Source of the DNA: an uncultured Pseudomonadales bacterium
GTDB lineage: Bacteria; Patescibacteriota; Microgenomatia; UBA1400; UBA12108
NCBI GenBank assembly: GCA_964507925.1
Contig: CAZDRB010000002.1
Span: 1 to 47,248, forward strand
Direction of reading: 5' to 3'
Length of the DNA: 47,248 nt
Shown here: piece after piece, positions 7,864 to 17,512 of the stretch
Layout of the letters: the number at the start of each line of letters is the position of its first letter
Numbering within the stretch: position 1 is the stretch's first letter
Notes under the pieces: generated by a model
Seen by the model: the letters and a program-made list of their open reading frames with translations, nothing else
Told to the model about the DNA's origin: nothing
Databases searched by the model: none
Program-made: the position numbers and the translations under genes

Positions 7864-8644
7864 AATCAGTAGCTATCTACCTAAAATTAGTGTTGTCACC
7901 CCTAGCTTTAACCAAGGTAAGTATATTAAGGACACGATTGATAGCGTCCTCTCCCAAAATTATCCTAACTTAGAGTACATCGTTATGGATGGTGGTAGCA
8001 CCGATGGTACGGTAGACATTCTCAAAAGCTATGGCAAAAAGTTAAAGTGGGAGAGTAAAAAAGATCGGGGTCAAACTCACGCGATTAACAAAGGATTAAA
8101 CCTTGCAACTGGTGAGGTCTTGGCCTACCTTAACTCCGACGACATCTATCTCCCCGGGGCTCTCCAGCGAGTAGGGGAGTACTACGCCCAAACCAAGGCC
8201 GATTGGATCACTGGTGATTGTTTAACAATTGGCGAGGATGGTAGTCTCAGCAAAAACAACTGGCTCATTTCTGGCTATAAACGCTTTTTGATGTTTCTTT
8301 ACTCTCCTCTTACTCTCCGCATCGCCGACTCCATGCTCCCTCAGCCCTCAACTTTTTGGTCCAGGCGAGCTTGGGAGCGGGTAGGGGATTTTAAAGAGGA
8401 ATACCACTACGTGATGGACTATGATTATTGGCTTAGGATGAGTAAATACTTTAGACCTCACGACCTCAAAGTTGCTCTCTCCGGTTTTCGTTTTCAGGAT
8501 AACAGCAAATCACAGACTGGTCGGGTCAAATTAATGGCAGAAGGCATGATTGCACTTAAGAAGAATGGAGCTAACAACCTAGAACTCTTCCTTCATAAGC
8601 TCCATAGTGACTTAACATTATTTGTCTATCGGCTAATCGCATGA
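7856..8644 (+). CDS. GT2 family glycosyltransferase
   Basis: ISVVTPSFNQGKYI, YIVMDGGSTDGT and LNSDDIY motifs. 262 aa, soluble. Confidence 0.8.
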   Translation: MNKISSYLPKISVVTPSFNQGKYIKDTIDSVLSQNYPNLEYIVMDGGSTDGTVDILKSYGKKLKWESKKDRGQTHAINKGLNLATGEVLAYLNSDDIYLPGALQRVGEYYAQTKADWITGDCLTIGEDGSLSKNNWLISGYKRFLMFLYSPLTLRIADSMLPQPSTFWSRRAWERVGDFKEEYHYVMDYDYWLRMSKYFRPHDLKVALSGFRFQDNSKSQTGRVKLMAEGMIALKKNGANNLELFLHKLHSDLTLFVYRLIA

Positions 8645-9513
8645 TCTACTACCTCACTCTTTCTCTCGCCCTACTTTGTGCCGGACTCGAATCTGTCTCC
8701 TACTTCGGTTTTATCGAAAACAAAATCGGGATCTCTTCCCTAATTATCTATCTCCTCAGTTTTGTCCTTTCTATCTATCATCACAAATCATTCAAAATTC
8801 CGGATAAATGGTTATGGCTAATGCTAATCGCGACCAGTCTCATTTATGCCCTCCTGATTGCTCTTGAAACTTACTTCTACCCAAACTATATCTATAGTCA
8901 TCTGCACATTAACCCGGGAGTTACTCAGTTTGCACTCGCCTTCCTTTCCTATCACACTCTAATCCACCTCAAGCTTAATTGGCAAAAAGCATTTCTTATT
9001 GCCTCGCTCCTTTATGTCTTTGTCGATGGGGGAGGTCGTACCTTGGGATTAGCTGTGCGTGGACTCAGTCGTTTTGCCGCTGATCCCACAGCTACCTACG
9101 ACACCAAACTTTCTCGCGTCTATCCCGGTTTCTACGAAACAATGCAGGAGATTGTACGTCTGACTCCCAAAAGCGCCACCATTTTTATCCCTCCCCAAAG
9201 TAATCCTTGGGAGTTAGAGGGCAACGGCGCCATGGTCCGCTACTTTGTCTACCCACGGGAAGTCAAAAATCTGGATGACGATCTCTTTGTCCCCAAGGTA
9301 AACGGCCCTGCCTATGTTCTAATCGCCAAGGGCAGTGCCAAACAGAGACTAACTGCCTACGATTATGGCTGGCCCAAAAGTACCTGGACTGGTAAGAATG
9401 TCTGGAGGCTGGATGCTCAAAAACAACTAGTGCCAGCGCCCGATTCAACCTATATTTACGATCCCGACAATTTGTGGAGTTGGGGTCTCATTGAGGTCGC
9501 CTATGCTGACTGA
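8641..9513 (+). CDS. Membrane protein of unknown function (about 4 N-terminal TM helices plus a C-terminal domain of about 150 aa, probably extracytoplasmic)
   Basis: 290-aa ORF with an ATGA overlap to the upstream gene. Hydrophobic N-terminal half and hydrophilic C-terminal half. No motif recognised. Confidence 0.5.
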   Translation: MIYYLTLSLALLCAGLESVSYFGFIENKIGISSLIIYLLSFVLSIYHHKSFKIPDKWLWLMLIATSLIYALLIALETYFYPNYIYSHLHINPGVTQFALAFLSYHTLIHLKLNWQKAFLIASLLYVFVDGGGRTLGLAVRGLSRFAADPTATYDTKLSRVYPGFYETMQEIVRLTPKSATIFIPPQSNPWELEGNGAMVRYFVYPREVKNLDDDLFVPKVNGPAYVLIAKGSAKQRLTAYDYGWPKSTWTGKNVWRLDAQKQLVPAPDSTYIYDPDNLWSWGLIEVAYAD

Positions 9514-10795
9514 TATAGCACTAACGACCACAGTTGCTCTCCTCGGAGTACTCTCGGGTTATCCCTATGCACTCCATGTTGGTGGTGGGGTACTCCTGCG
9601 TGCTGGTCTCTCCTTTTTAATCGGCAGTGGTCTCACAACCTGGATATTTTTTCTCCTCCACATTCACTTTAACCTTCCCTTAACACTGCAGTTTGCCCTG
9701 CTTTCTTACGCTCTCGTTTGGTTAATAGGTTATGTAACTAAACCCATTAAAACCGCAGCTTTATCCAATAAACAACCATCCTCAAAACTAGTTTATGTTC
9801 CCATCATTATTACTGTCACAGCCTTCGTTATTGGCTCTTATCTCCCTTTAACTGCCTGGGACTCAATCGCCCTCTATGATTTCCGTGCTCATGCAATCAC
9901 GATCACTCATTCCCTCGCCGATATGACCAAGTCTACCTACGACATGAGCTATCCTCTTAACATCTCGCTCCTTCATAGCTTTGTTTACATGCTGGGCGGA
10001 AACAGCGCTCAAGGGCTGCATGCCCTCTTTTTTGGGAGTCTCCTCGCCGTAGTTTACGAAAGACTAAGGGAGTGGACTAACCCGCGCTGGGCCATTATCG
10101 GCACCATCTTGGTTGCGACCAGTAGTGAGCTTTTTGACCATGCCACCTTCGCCTACACTAACTTGCCCTATACTGCTTATCTGATCGCAGGTTTGCTATA
10201 TCTCTTAAGTCCAGCAAGACGTGAGCTAATAATCGGCGCACTCTTAATCGGTCTCTCTAGCTGGACTCGCTCAGCCGAACCGTTCTGGCTCCTCGCCTGG
10301 CTATTACTTATCTTTCAAGCCGTTAGGACAAAAGACACAAAAACTCTCTTTATTGGCTCACTCGCACTCTATGGCATTCGTTATGGCTGGACCCAGTACT
10401 ACAACGGAGTCGTCGCGGGGATAATTGGCGATTTGCCAGGTCTGACCCAGCAGTTAAGTCTCGCTCATCTACCGACGATCTATCAGAGACTACCTAGCTA
10501 TTACTGGTATCTTCGCCTCAATGTGATCGATCCTTATCGGGGATACTGGTTCCTCCTCTTGCCCATGCTCACTATATGGCTAAAGTCAAAATCATCGCGG
10601 CTCGGCCTCCTGTTTTTCCTGATCCTAACAACGCTGCTTATGGTCGTCGCTGGCGTTGTTGTCATGAGTCTTTTCTTAACTAGCTGGGCCGAGATCGGCA
10701 CTTCTGCCAGGCGCATGGTATTATTCATCATCCCGCTTAGTTTGATCGGCGCTACCTATGCCGGATATGTAATGAGTAACAAAAAATATGACTAA
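9491..10795 (+). CDS. Polytopic membrane protein, possible GT-C-like glycosyltransferase
   Basis: 434 aa with about 11 hydrophobic helices. TAWDSIALYDFRAH loop motif. An alternative start lies at 9503. Confidence 0.5.
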   Translation: MRSPMLTDIALTTTVALLGVLSGYPYALHVGGGVLLRAGLSFLIGSGLTTWIFFLLHIHFNLPLTLQFALLSYALVWLIGYVTKPIKTAALSNKQPSSKLVYVPIIITVTAFVIGSYLPLTAWDSIALYDFRAHAITITHSLADMTKSTYDMSYPLNISLLHSFVYMLGGNSAQGLHALFFGSLLAVVYERLREWTNPRWAIIGTILVATSSELFDHATFAYTNLPYTAYLIAGLLYLLSPARRELIIGALLIGLSSWTRSAEPFWLLAWLLLIFQAVRTKDTKTLFIGSLALYGIRYGWTQYYNGVVAGIIGDLPGLTQQLSLAHLPTIYQRLPSYYWYLRLNVIDPYRGYWFLLLPMLTIWLKSKSSRLGLLFFLILTTLLMVVAGVVVMSLFLTSWAEIGTSARRMVLFIIPLSLIGATYAGYVMSNKKYD

Positions 10796-11711
10796 CTATC
10801 CAGTTGCTTTCTTTGTTTTTAAAAGGCCAAAGTACACCTACGATTTCTTATCTCGCATGCACGAGTCGGGTATCAAAAAAATCTATCTTTTCGCCGATGG
10901 TCCTAGAAACGGTCAAGAGAAAATTCTTACAGACCAGGTCAAAAGTGAGATCACTCGCTTCAAAAAATCACACAAAGACATTACCTTAATCACTCACTAT
11001 TCACCTCAAAACGTTGGGTTGAGGCAAAACATTATTACTGGACTAAACACCGTCTTTACCTATGAACAAGCTGCAATCATCGTCGAGGATGATTGTGCAT
11101 TCTCTCCCGACTTCTTCCGCTTTACCCAAATAATGTTAACCAAGTATCAGCGCGTTGCCAAAGTGATGTCGATTAATGGCATGAGCGTAGGTGGCAACTA
11201 CCGGGGTTATAGCTACAGCTTTACCAAATATCCGCAGTGCTGGGGTTGGGCCACCTGGAAAAGGGCCTGGGATCTCTACGACCCCACGATGCCAAGTTTT
11301 AATAATAAGTCCTGGGCTGCGCTCTCGCAAAAGCTCAACCTCCCCATCATCTTAAGGTCTTACTTTGAACTCATGTTTAATCTGGTTAAAAAAGGTCAAA
11401 TCAATACTTGGGATTTCCAGTGGACCTACGCTCATTTTGTAAACCAGGGCTTAGCCATCTCTCCCTGCGTTAACTTAGTTACCAACATTGGCTTTGATAG
11501 TGCCGCCACCAACACCAAGACCAAGACTAGTGTCGCCGCCTTAAAAGCAGGGGAATTACCCGCTCAACTTAAGCATCCAAACAAGATTATCGAGAATCTG
11601 ACAATTAGTCACGAAATCGAGCGTAAGTTCTACTCAAACCCCGTGGCAATCCTTGGTCTACTCAGGCAATACCTTTATTATCTTTGGGGCATGTATGCGC
11701 ATCGGTCTTAA
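10788..11711 (+). CDS. GT-A fold glycosyltransferase, GNT-I/'HlpA-like' type
   Basis: 307 aa. VAFFVFKRPKYT start, IIVEDDCAFSPDFF (EDD) and YPQCWGWATWKRAWD motifs resemble the GNT-I-like family. Confidence 0.5.
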   Translation: MTNYPVAFFVFKRPKYTYDFLSRMHESGIKKIYLFADGPRNGQEKILTDQVKSEITRFKKSHKDITLITHYSPQNVGLRQNIITGLNTVFTYEQAAIIVEDDCAFSPDFFRFTQIMLTKYQRVAKVMSINGMSVGGNYRGYSYSFTKYPQCWGWATWKRAWDLYDPTMPSFNNKSWAALSQKLNLPIILRSYFELMFNLVKKGQINTWDFQWTYAHFVNQGLAISPCVNLVTNIGFDSAATNTKTKTSVAALKAGELPAQLKHPNKIIENLTISHEIERKFYSNPVAILGLLRQYLYYLWGMYAHRS

Positions 11712-12792
11712 TATCCTCTATCTGATCCCAGACAGAGTAGGGGGAACCGAAACCTACGCCAGACACTTAATTAGCGCACTTACCAAGCAGCTAAAAGAGG
11801 GTGATGAGTTGGTCATATATGCCAGCCGCGAGACTGCCCCGACCTTCAACGAATCTAAGCATGTAAAAATTATTACTCTACCGGTTTTCTCAAACAATCG
11901 CCCACTTCGCCTCCTTGCTGAGCAGCTCCTCCTGCCCCTATATCTACTACGAGACCGGGTTAATGTCATTTTTTCCCTAGGTTACAGCTCCCCCTTCCTT
12001 CACCCTTGTCCCGCGATAGTGACGATCCATGATCTCAACTGGTATTACCACCCCGAGGACTTTGGGTTTGTCAGTAGGATTATGTGGAGTATGCTCACCA
12101 GGCTCTCGGCCCACACCGCTAACCATGTCCTAACCGACTCCTCCAACTCAGCACGCAGCATCAAAATAGTACTAAATCCTCGTTCCGTAACCCCCATTCT
12201 TCATGCCACTCCAGTTAAAGCTCGGCCGGCGAAACCTAGCTTCAAATTACCAACTAGCTACCTCTTCACTGTCAGCGCCAGCTATCCGCACAAAAACTTA
12301 ACAACTCTTATAAAGGTATTCAACGTTCTAGCCAGCATGCATCAAAATCTGTATTTAGTGATCTGCGGATTATCTGGCAAAGCAAGCAACAATTTAAAGA
12401 AGGAGATTAGCACATCTCCATTTAAGGATAGAATTATCACGCTTGGCTACATTACGAATGCAGAATTGAGTTATGTCTACTCTCAAGCAGATATTTTTGT
12501 TTTCACCTCTGCCTACGAAGGTTTTGGCTACCCCGTACTCGAAGCCATGAGTTATGGTGTGCCCGTAGTCAGTAGTAATGCTACCTCGCTAACAGAGGTT
12601 GTGGGGGATGGAGCAGTACTAGTGGATCCTTACGAAGTCCCAGCTTACACTCGTGCAATTACCAAAATATTAAGTGATAAAAATTACAAAAAAATGTTAA
12701 TAGCTCGCGGCTACAAGCGTGCCACTGAGTTACAATGGGATCAAACTGCCAAGAGTACACTAAGTATTATCTATAAGGAAGCAAGGTCATGA
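11695..12792 (+). CDS. GT4 (GT-B, group 1) glycosyltransferase
   Basis: MRIGLNILYLIPDRVGGTETY start and the EX7E motif EGFGYPVLEAMSYGVPVVSS. I prefer ATG 11695 to the tracked 11653 start, which runs 59 nt into the upstream gene. Confidence 0.8.
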   Translation: MRIGLNILYLIPDRVGGTETYARHLISALTKQLKEGDELVIYASRETAPTFNESKHVKIITLPVFSNNRPLRLLAEQLLLPLYLLRDRVNVIFSLGYSSPFLHPCPAIVTIHDLNWYYHPEDFGFVSRIMWSMLTRLSAHTANHVLTDSSNSARSIKIVLNPRSVTPILHATPVKARPAKPSFKLPTSYLFTVSASYPHKNLTTLIKVFNVLASMHQNLYLVICGLSGKASNNLKKEISTSPFKDRIITLGYITNAELSYVYSQADIFVFTSAYEGFGYPVLEAMSYGVPVVSSNATSLTEVVGDGAVLVDPYEVPAYTRAITKILSDKNYKKMLIARGYKRATELQWDQTAKSTLSIIYKEARS

Positions 12793-13496
12793 CAAACTAT
12801 TTACAACATATGCAACAACTAGGGCAAGGAACTGCTTTTGCACGTCGTAAACGATATCTCGAATACAATTTCGCCGAGCATTTAGATAAACTGAATAGTG
12901 ACAGCGAAGTGCTCGAAATTGGTCCAGGCACAGGGGAGATGTTAAGTATTTTAAACGAGAAAAATATTAAAAATCTCGACATTATCGATAATGACCAAGC
13001 AGTCCTTAACTACTGCCAAAAAGAATATAGGTTGCGTAAGGCAATGTTGTCCAAATCACTGGATTTAACAAAGGTGATTACTAAACAAAAGTATGACCTC
13101 ATCGTCTTAACCCAAGTATTCGAGCATATTCCTAAATCTAGCTACCAAAATTGGATCAAAACACTCTACCGATCACTTAAGGTTGGCGGCACTATTCTTA
13201 TTACCGTTCCGAACGGTGCCAACCCCCTATCAGGGACTGAGCGATATGGGGACTTACAGCACGAGAACATGTTTACCATCTACTCCTTCCAGGAATTGAT
13301 GACTTTTGCAGGCATTGGTAGTAGGGAGTATCAGATTAAGGGATTCTATATTCCACCTGACAATCTTCTCCAAATTGTGCGCATCATCTTACAGAAAGTA
13401 CTTCATCTCTTCTTTATCCTACTCATGATTATCAACGGGGCAATTTATCAGACCTTAATGACGCCGAATATCTCACTCATCATTAATAAAAAGTAA
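12789..13496 (+). CDS. Class I SAM-dependent methyltransferase
   Basis: VLEIGPGTGEM (motif I), DLIVLTQVFEHI and LKVGGTILITVPN. ATGA overlap with the upstream gene. Confidence 0.75.
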   Translation: MTNYLQHMQQLGQGTAFARRKRYLEYNFAEHLDKLNSDSEVLEIGPGTGEMLSILNEKNIKNLDIIDNDQAVLNYCQKEYRLRKAMLSKSLDLTKVITKQKYDLIVLTQVFEHIPKSSYQNWIKTLYRSLKVGGTILITVPNGANPLSGTERYGDLQHENMFTIYSFQELMTFAGIGSREYQIKGFYIPPDNLLQIVRIILQKVLHLFFILLMIINGAIYQTLMTPNISLIINKK

Positions 13497-13501
13497 TTAA
13501 T

Positions 13502-14227
13502 ATGAGTTTAATTACTAATCTTTCTAAGCTTCTAGTTCGTATTTCTAATCCAAGATACTTCCTAAACATTATCTTATTTGGGTATCTAAACAAACATCAG
13601 AATCAATCTTTCTCTCAAGAGGGGGAAGATAGAATCCTATTTAGTATTTTTGGTCCGAGGACTAGTGGTTTTTACGTTGATGTAGGAGCACATCATCCTC
13701 GAAGGTTTTCTAACACCTTTTTGTTTTACAACTTAGGTTGGCGAGGTATTAATATCGACGCAAGCAAAGAGGCAATTAGATTATTTAAGGTGGAAAGAAA
13801 AAGAGATATAAATATTCACTGCGGTATTGGCAGTAGGGCGGGGTATAAACAATTTATCGTTTTCGACGAGCCAGCAGTAAGTACTTTTAACAAAGCCGTA
13901 GCCCAAGATAAAGTTAATAACACGAAGTTTCGCGTACGCTCTAGGGTAAAAGTCCCCATCAGACCCCTATCTCAGGTCCTGAGACGTCATCTGAAAAGCA
14001 ATCAAGTCATTGATTTTCTGAGCATTGACGTCGAGGGGAATGATTTCGAAGTTTTAAAGTCAAATAACTGGAAGAAATATCGTCCACTCTACATTGCAAT
14101 CGAAATATACGGGGTCAAAGATTTTAATACTGTTTTACAAGATCCAGTCACTTTCTACTTAGCTAAGCACCACTATGCTCCAATTGCAAAAACGTTAAAT
14201 ACTGTGATCTATAAAAGAATCCAATAA
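13502..14227 (+). CDS. FkbM-family methyltransferase
   Basis: GFYVDVGAHHP, GWRGINIDAS and IDFLSIDVEGNDFEVL motifs typical of FkbM-type methyltransferases. Confidence 0.7.
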   Translation: MSLITNLSKLLVRISNPRYFLNIILFGYLNKHQNQSFSQEGEDRILFSIFGPRTSGFYVDVGAHHPRRFSNTFLFYNLGWRGINIDASKEAIRLFKVERKRDINIHCGIGSRAGYKQFIVFDEPAVSTFNKAVAQDKVNNTKFRVRSRVKVPIRPLSQVLRRHLKSNQVIDFLSIDVEGNDFEVLKSNNWKKYRPLYIAIEIYGVKDFNTVLQDPVTFYLAKHHYAPIAKTLNTVIYKRIQ

Positions 14228-15291
14228 TGATCAAACGTACTATTCATCTCCTACAACTACTTAGCTATAAGATATTATCTTTGCTAAAGCTCAATCACAC
14301 CATTTTTAATTTTCACTGTGACCATAATAGCAATCCTCGGTTGAAGATATATGTCTATGATCTTCCATATTACTACTCAAAAAACGATCATTTTGACTTA
14401 AGGGTAACTTATCAGACTTTTGAGGCGATTAACTCATATTTTAAAAAATGCGTTAGAACTTTTGATCCAACACAAGCCGACTATTTCTTTGTCCCGATTA
14501 ATCTCCATCGATTTCAATACCATAATCATAATCCCAAGGATCTACTTAATCATTTGCATTACTTGACCAACAAGAAAGATCACATTATCGTAGCAACTGG
14601 AGACTTTGCCCAACGGGGGAAGCATTATGGTCATGGACAAGCCTACAAGATGCACTTCGAATGGCTAAAAGATTTCATCCTACTCGCACTAGAGTCGACT
14701 CCAGATTTAATCCCCAATCAAGATATTGGTCTTATCCCATACAATACGCTTTCAAAGAACCCTAGTTATAATCACAACCATCGTAAGTACTTATATTCAT
14801 TTTTAGGAAATAGCTATCAAGATTATTTACCAGTCTCACATGTTCGACGACGCTTATTTTCCCTTACGACATATCCAGATACACTAATCTCAGAATCTCT
14901 CTCCAACGAGCTAAGTCATGAATTATCAAAAAATTATCGAACTAATAATGAATACGAGCTACTCAGTCGAAATAGTATTTTTACACTTGTTCCCGCTGGA
15001 TATGGGCGTTGGACTTATCGTTTCTTTCAGTCAATACAGTGGGGATCTATTCCAGTTTTGTTGTCTGACAACTACCTTTTGCCTTTCAACGATCAAGTCC
15101 CATATGAAAAATTTAGTATCAGAATCGCGGAGTCAGACATTAGTCGACTCAACTCGATAATCCGAGGCATATCAGATAAAAAAATAAAATCTATGCAAGC
15201 CGAGCTAAAAAAAGCACAGCAACTTTTTACTCCAGACCACTTTTTCGCTATGCTATTTAAACAACTAGTTAAACAACGAAAGTATATTTAA
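14227..15291 (+). CDS. Exostosin (GT47)-like glycosyltransferase
   Basis: LKIYVYDLP near the N-terminus and FTLVPAGYGRWTYRFFQSIQWGSIPVLLSD near the C-terminus. Both resemble exostosin-domain signatures. Confidence 0.55.
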   Translation: MIKRTIHLLQLLSYKILSLLKLNHTIFNFHCDHNSNPRLKIYVYDLPYYYSKNDHFDLRVTYQTFEAINSYFKKCVRTFDPTQADYFFVPINLHRFQYHNHNPKDLLNHLHYLTNKKDHIIVATGDFAQRGKHYGHGQAYKMHFEWLKDFILLALESTPDLIPNQDIGLIPYNTLSKNPSYNHNHRKYLYSFLGNSYQDYLPVSHVRRRLFSLTTYPDTLISESLSNELSHELSKNYRTNNEYELLSRNSIFTLVPAGYGRWTYRFFQSIQWGSIPVLLSDNYLLPFNDQVPYEKFSIRIAESDISRLNSIIRGISDKKIKSMQAELKKAQQLFTPDHFFAMLFKQLVKQRKYI

Positions 15292-16829
15292 TGAATAATT
15301 TAATAAAACTAGGTATCGTCTCCTTCTTAATAACTTTTGTCGTATCACTAACGATTCATCCTTTTGAGATCCCTGACGAGAATGCTCACTACGCAAGTCT
15401 GAATTTCTTTAGCAACGAAGGTAGAATGCCAACTAAATACGACAAAGACAATCTCTCTTTAGAAGAATCGCGCGTTGAAGAGATTTTTGGAATAGTAGCT
15501 GGGAGCAATAAGTATTCTTATCACCCAGAATACCGGATCGAGCAAATCGATGGTATTGATGGTAAATATGAAGCAGAAATAAAATCACTCAACACTAAGG
15601 ATAATCGTAATACCTACCAAGATCACCGTGCCGCGCTCTATCCCCCTCTCTATTACGCTCTCACCCTGCCTTTTCATTCATTAGTCTCAGGCAGCGATCT
15701 TCTGAGCCGACTATTTTTCGCACGTTTGTCTTCAGTTCTATTTACTACTTTTACCATTCTAGTGGCTTACTCAATTGGCAAATACTTTAGTCGTGATGAA
15801 TCATTCGCCATAACCCTTTCAGGCATAACCCTTTTTTACCCGATGACCACCTATGTAGGCTCAGGGGTTAACTCAGACAACCTTCACAACTTGCTTTTTG
15901 CCATATCTATTTATTACTGCTTTAGGTTGATCAAGGAAGGTTTTGAGCATAAAAACGCACTAATTCTTGGATCCCTCGTTGGCTTAGACATGCTCACCAA
16001 GCCTCAGGCATATATTCTTTTTCCTCTTATTTTCTTAGCAATTATCATCAGGTGGCAATGGGCAAAGTGGCGAGAAATTATTCGGTATTTGTTTCTCCTA
16101 GTTATTCCTGTAGTTATTTTTGCTGGTTGGCAGGAAATCCCCAAATTCCTTGGCGGCAATCCTTATGCGATAGCAACCAGTGCCTTCACTGGTTGGCATA
16201 ATTTTCAGAATTTCCTATCTGGCTACATTCACACCCATCTTCGAGAAATGCCGGTATGGTATTGGGGAGTTTTCAAATGGTTTGGCTTAGTTTTGCCTAG
16301 ACCTTGGTGGTGGATCAGCATCCGCTTAGTAGTCGTTGCCGCATTAGGTGTCCTGATTAACTTTTATCGCGATATGCGTAAACATAAGCTCAGTGTTGAA
16401 TCAAAAATCATGCTCTGGATAGTAGGAGCAAACGCTATCTACGCCCTTGCTCTTATGTGGTTTGACTGGCAGTTTTATCAAATGTTAGGGCGCTCTCTTG
16501 GCTTGCAGGCCAGATACTATATGCCACTCCTAATTACTCAGATGTTGTTTGTGTTATACGGCTTAACTAGCTTATTTAAAGTTTCAAAGCTTAGTCACTA
16601 TGTCAGTATAGGACTCCTCTTATTTTTTGCTTCGATGTATTTGGCGGGCATATTTGTACAGCTGAGTGGTTATTATGACTTAACAAGTCTAAATATCTTC
16701 ATTGATCAACTTTCCCAATACAAACCTTGGTATGCCAAAGGACAGTGGTGGTACTTATGGTTTATAACCATGTTTATTGCTATGATCACGCTCATTAAAG
16801 GAATAATCTCTTCTAGCAAGCCAAAATGA
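15291..16829 (+). CDS. DUF2142-like polytopic membrane protein (predicted GT-C-type transferase)
   Basis: 512 aa. FEIPDENAHY loop after TM1, YPPLYY, GVNSDNLHNLLF and VWYWGVFKWFG motifs. Clear paralogue of 30825..32363. Confidence 0.65.
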   Translation: MNNLIKLGIVSFLITFVVSLTIHPFEIPDENAHYASLNFFSNEGRMPTKYDKDNLSLEESRVEEIFGIVAGSNKYSYHPEYRIEQIDGIDGKYEAEIKSLNTKDNRNTYQDHRAALYPPLYYALTLPFHSLVSGSDLLSRLFFARLSSVLFTTFTILVAYSIGKYFSRDESFAITLSGITLFYPMTTYVGSGVNSDNLHNLLFAISIYYCFRLIKEGFEHKNALILGSLVGLDMLTKPQAYILFPLIFLAIIIRWQWAKWREIIRYLFLLVIPVVIFAGWQEIPKFLGGNPYAIATSAFTGWHNFQNFLSGYIHTHLREMPVWYWGVFKWFGLVLPRPWWWISIRLVVVAALGVLINFYRDMRKHKLSVESKIMLWIVGANAIYALALMWFDWQFYQMLGRSLGLQARYYMPLLITQMLFVLYGLTSLFKVSKLSHYVSIGLLLFFASMYLAGIFVQLSGYYDLTSLNIFIDQLSQYKPWYAKGQWWYLWFITMFIAMITLIKGIISSSKPK

Positions 16830-17509
16830 ACTTATTAATCATCGTTCCTGCCTACAATGAAGCCGAGGTAATCGTAGATACGATTACTGGGATCCGTCGA
16901 ACACTTAACGCCGATAAGTTTCAGGCAGAAATTCTCGTGGTAGATGATGGTAGTAGTGATCAAACAGGTAAATTAGCGTTCAAGCATGCTGATTATTTAG
17001 TTACTCACCGCGTCAATCGCGGACTAGGCGCAGCCTTGATGACCGGCATCGAATTCGCTAAGCGCCAAGAGTATGACATCTGCGTCACTTTTGACTCCGA
17101 TGGTCAGCACGATCCGAGAGATATCGCCAGGGTAGTAAGTGCGATTGAGAAGGGATCTGACATCGTGATTGGGAGTCGATTTTTGGGGAGTCATAGCAAC
17201 ATGCCCAAGATGAGGCGCATCATCCTCTCCCTTGGTAATTTCATTACCTATCTCTTCTTTGGTGTATGGACTAGTGACTCGCAATCTGGCTTTCGTGCAC
17301 TCTCTCGTAGAGCCATCCAATCTCTCATCCTCAAAAGCAATCGCATGGAGGTCAGTAGTGAATTTTTTGCCGAGATCAAAAGGTTAAATTTAAAGTTTGC
17401 TGAGATTCCTATTCACATCAACTATACTGCTTACTCCCTAAAAAAAGGACAAAAGAATACTGCCAGCATGAGCGTTCTGATAAAATTACTTTATAAAGTA
17501 TTTGGATAA
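16826..17509 (+). CDS. GT2 glycosyltransferase, polyprenyl-phosphate sugar synthase-like, lacking C-terminal TM helices
   Basis: IIVPAYNEAEVI, VVDDGSSDQT and TFDSDGQHDP motifs. 227 aa with no terminal hydrophobic segment. ATGA overlap with the DUF2142 gene. Confidence 0.75.
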   Translation: MNLLIIVPAYNEAEVIVDTITGIRRTLNADKFQAEILVVDDGSSDQTGKLAFKHADYLVTHRVNRGLGAALMTGIEFAKRQEYDICVTFDSDGQHDPRDIARVVSAIEKGSDIVIGSRFLGSHSNMPKMRRIILSLGNFITYLFFGVWTSDSQSGFRALSRRAIQSLILKSNRMEVSSEFFAEIKRLNLKFAEIPIHINYTAYSLKKGQKNTASMSVLIKLLYKVFG

Positions 17510-17512
17510 ACT

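Noticed and set aside
11653-11694. Upstream starts offered by the ORF track for several genes: 11653, 34763(-), 35369, 37256, 39092, 43920 (TTG) and 44437.
   Set aside because: Each extension runs deep into the preceding gene. Internal ATGs give canonical family N-termini, for example MRIGLNILY for the GT4 and VSVIIVSYN shortly after the start for the GT2. Some are preceded by GGAG-like sequences. This remains uncertain without homologue alignment.
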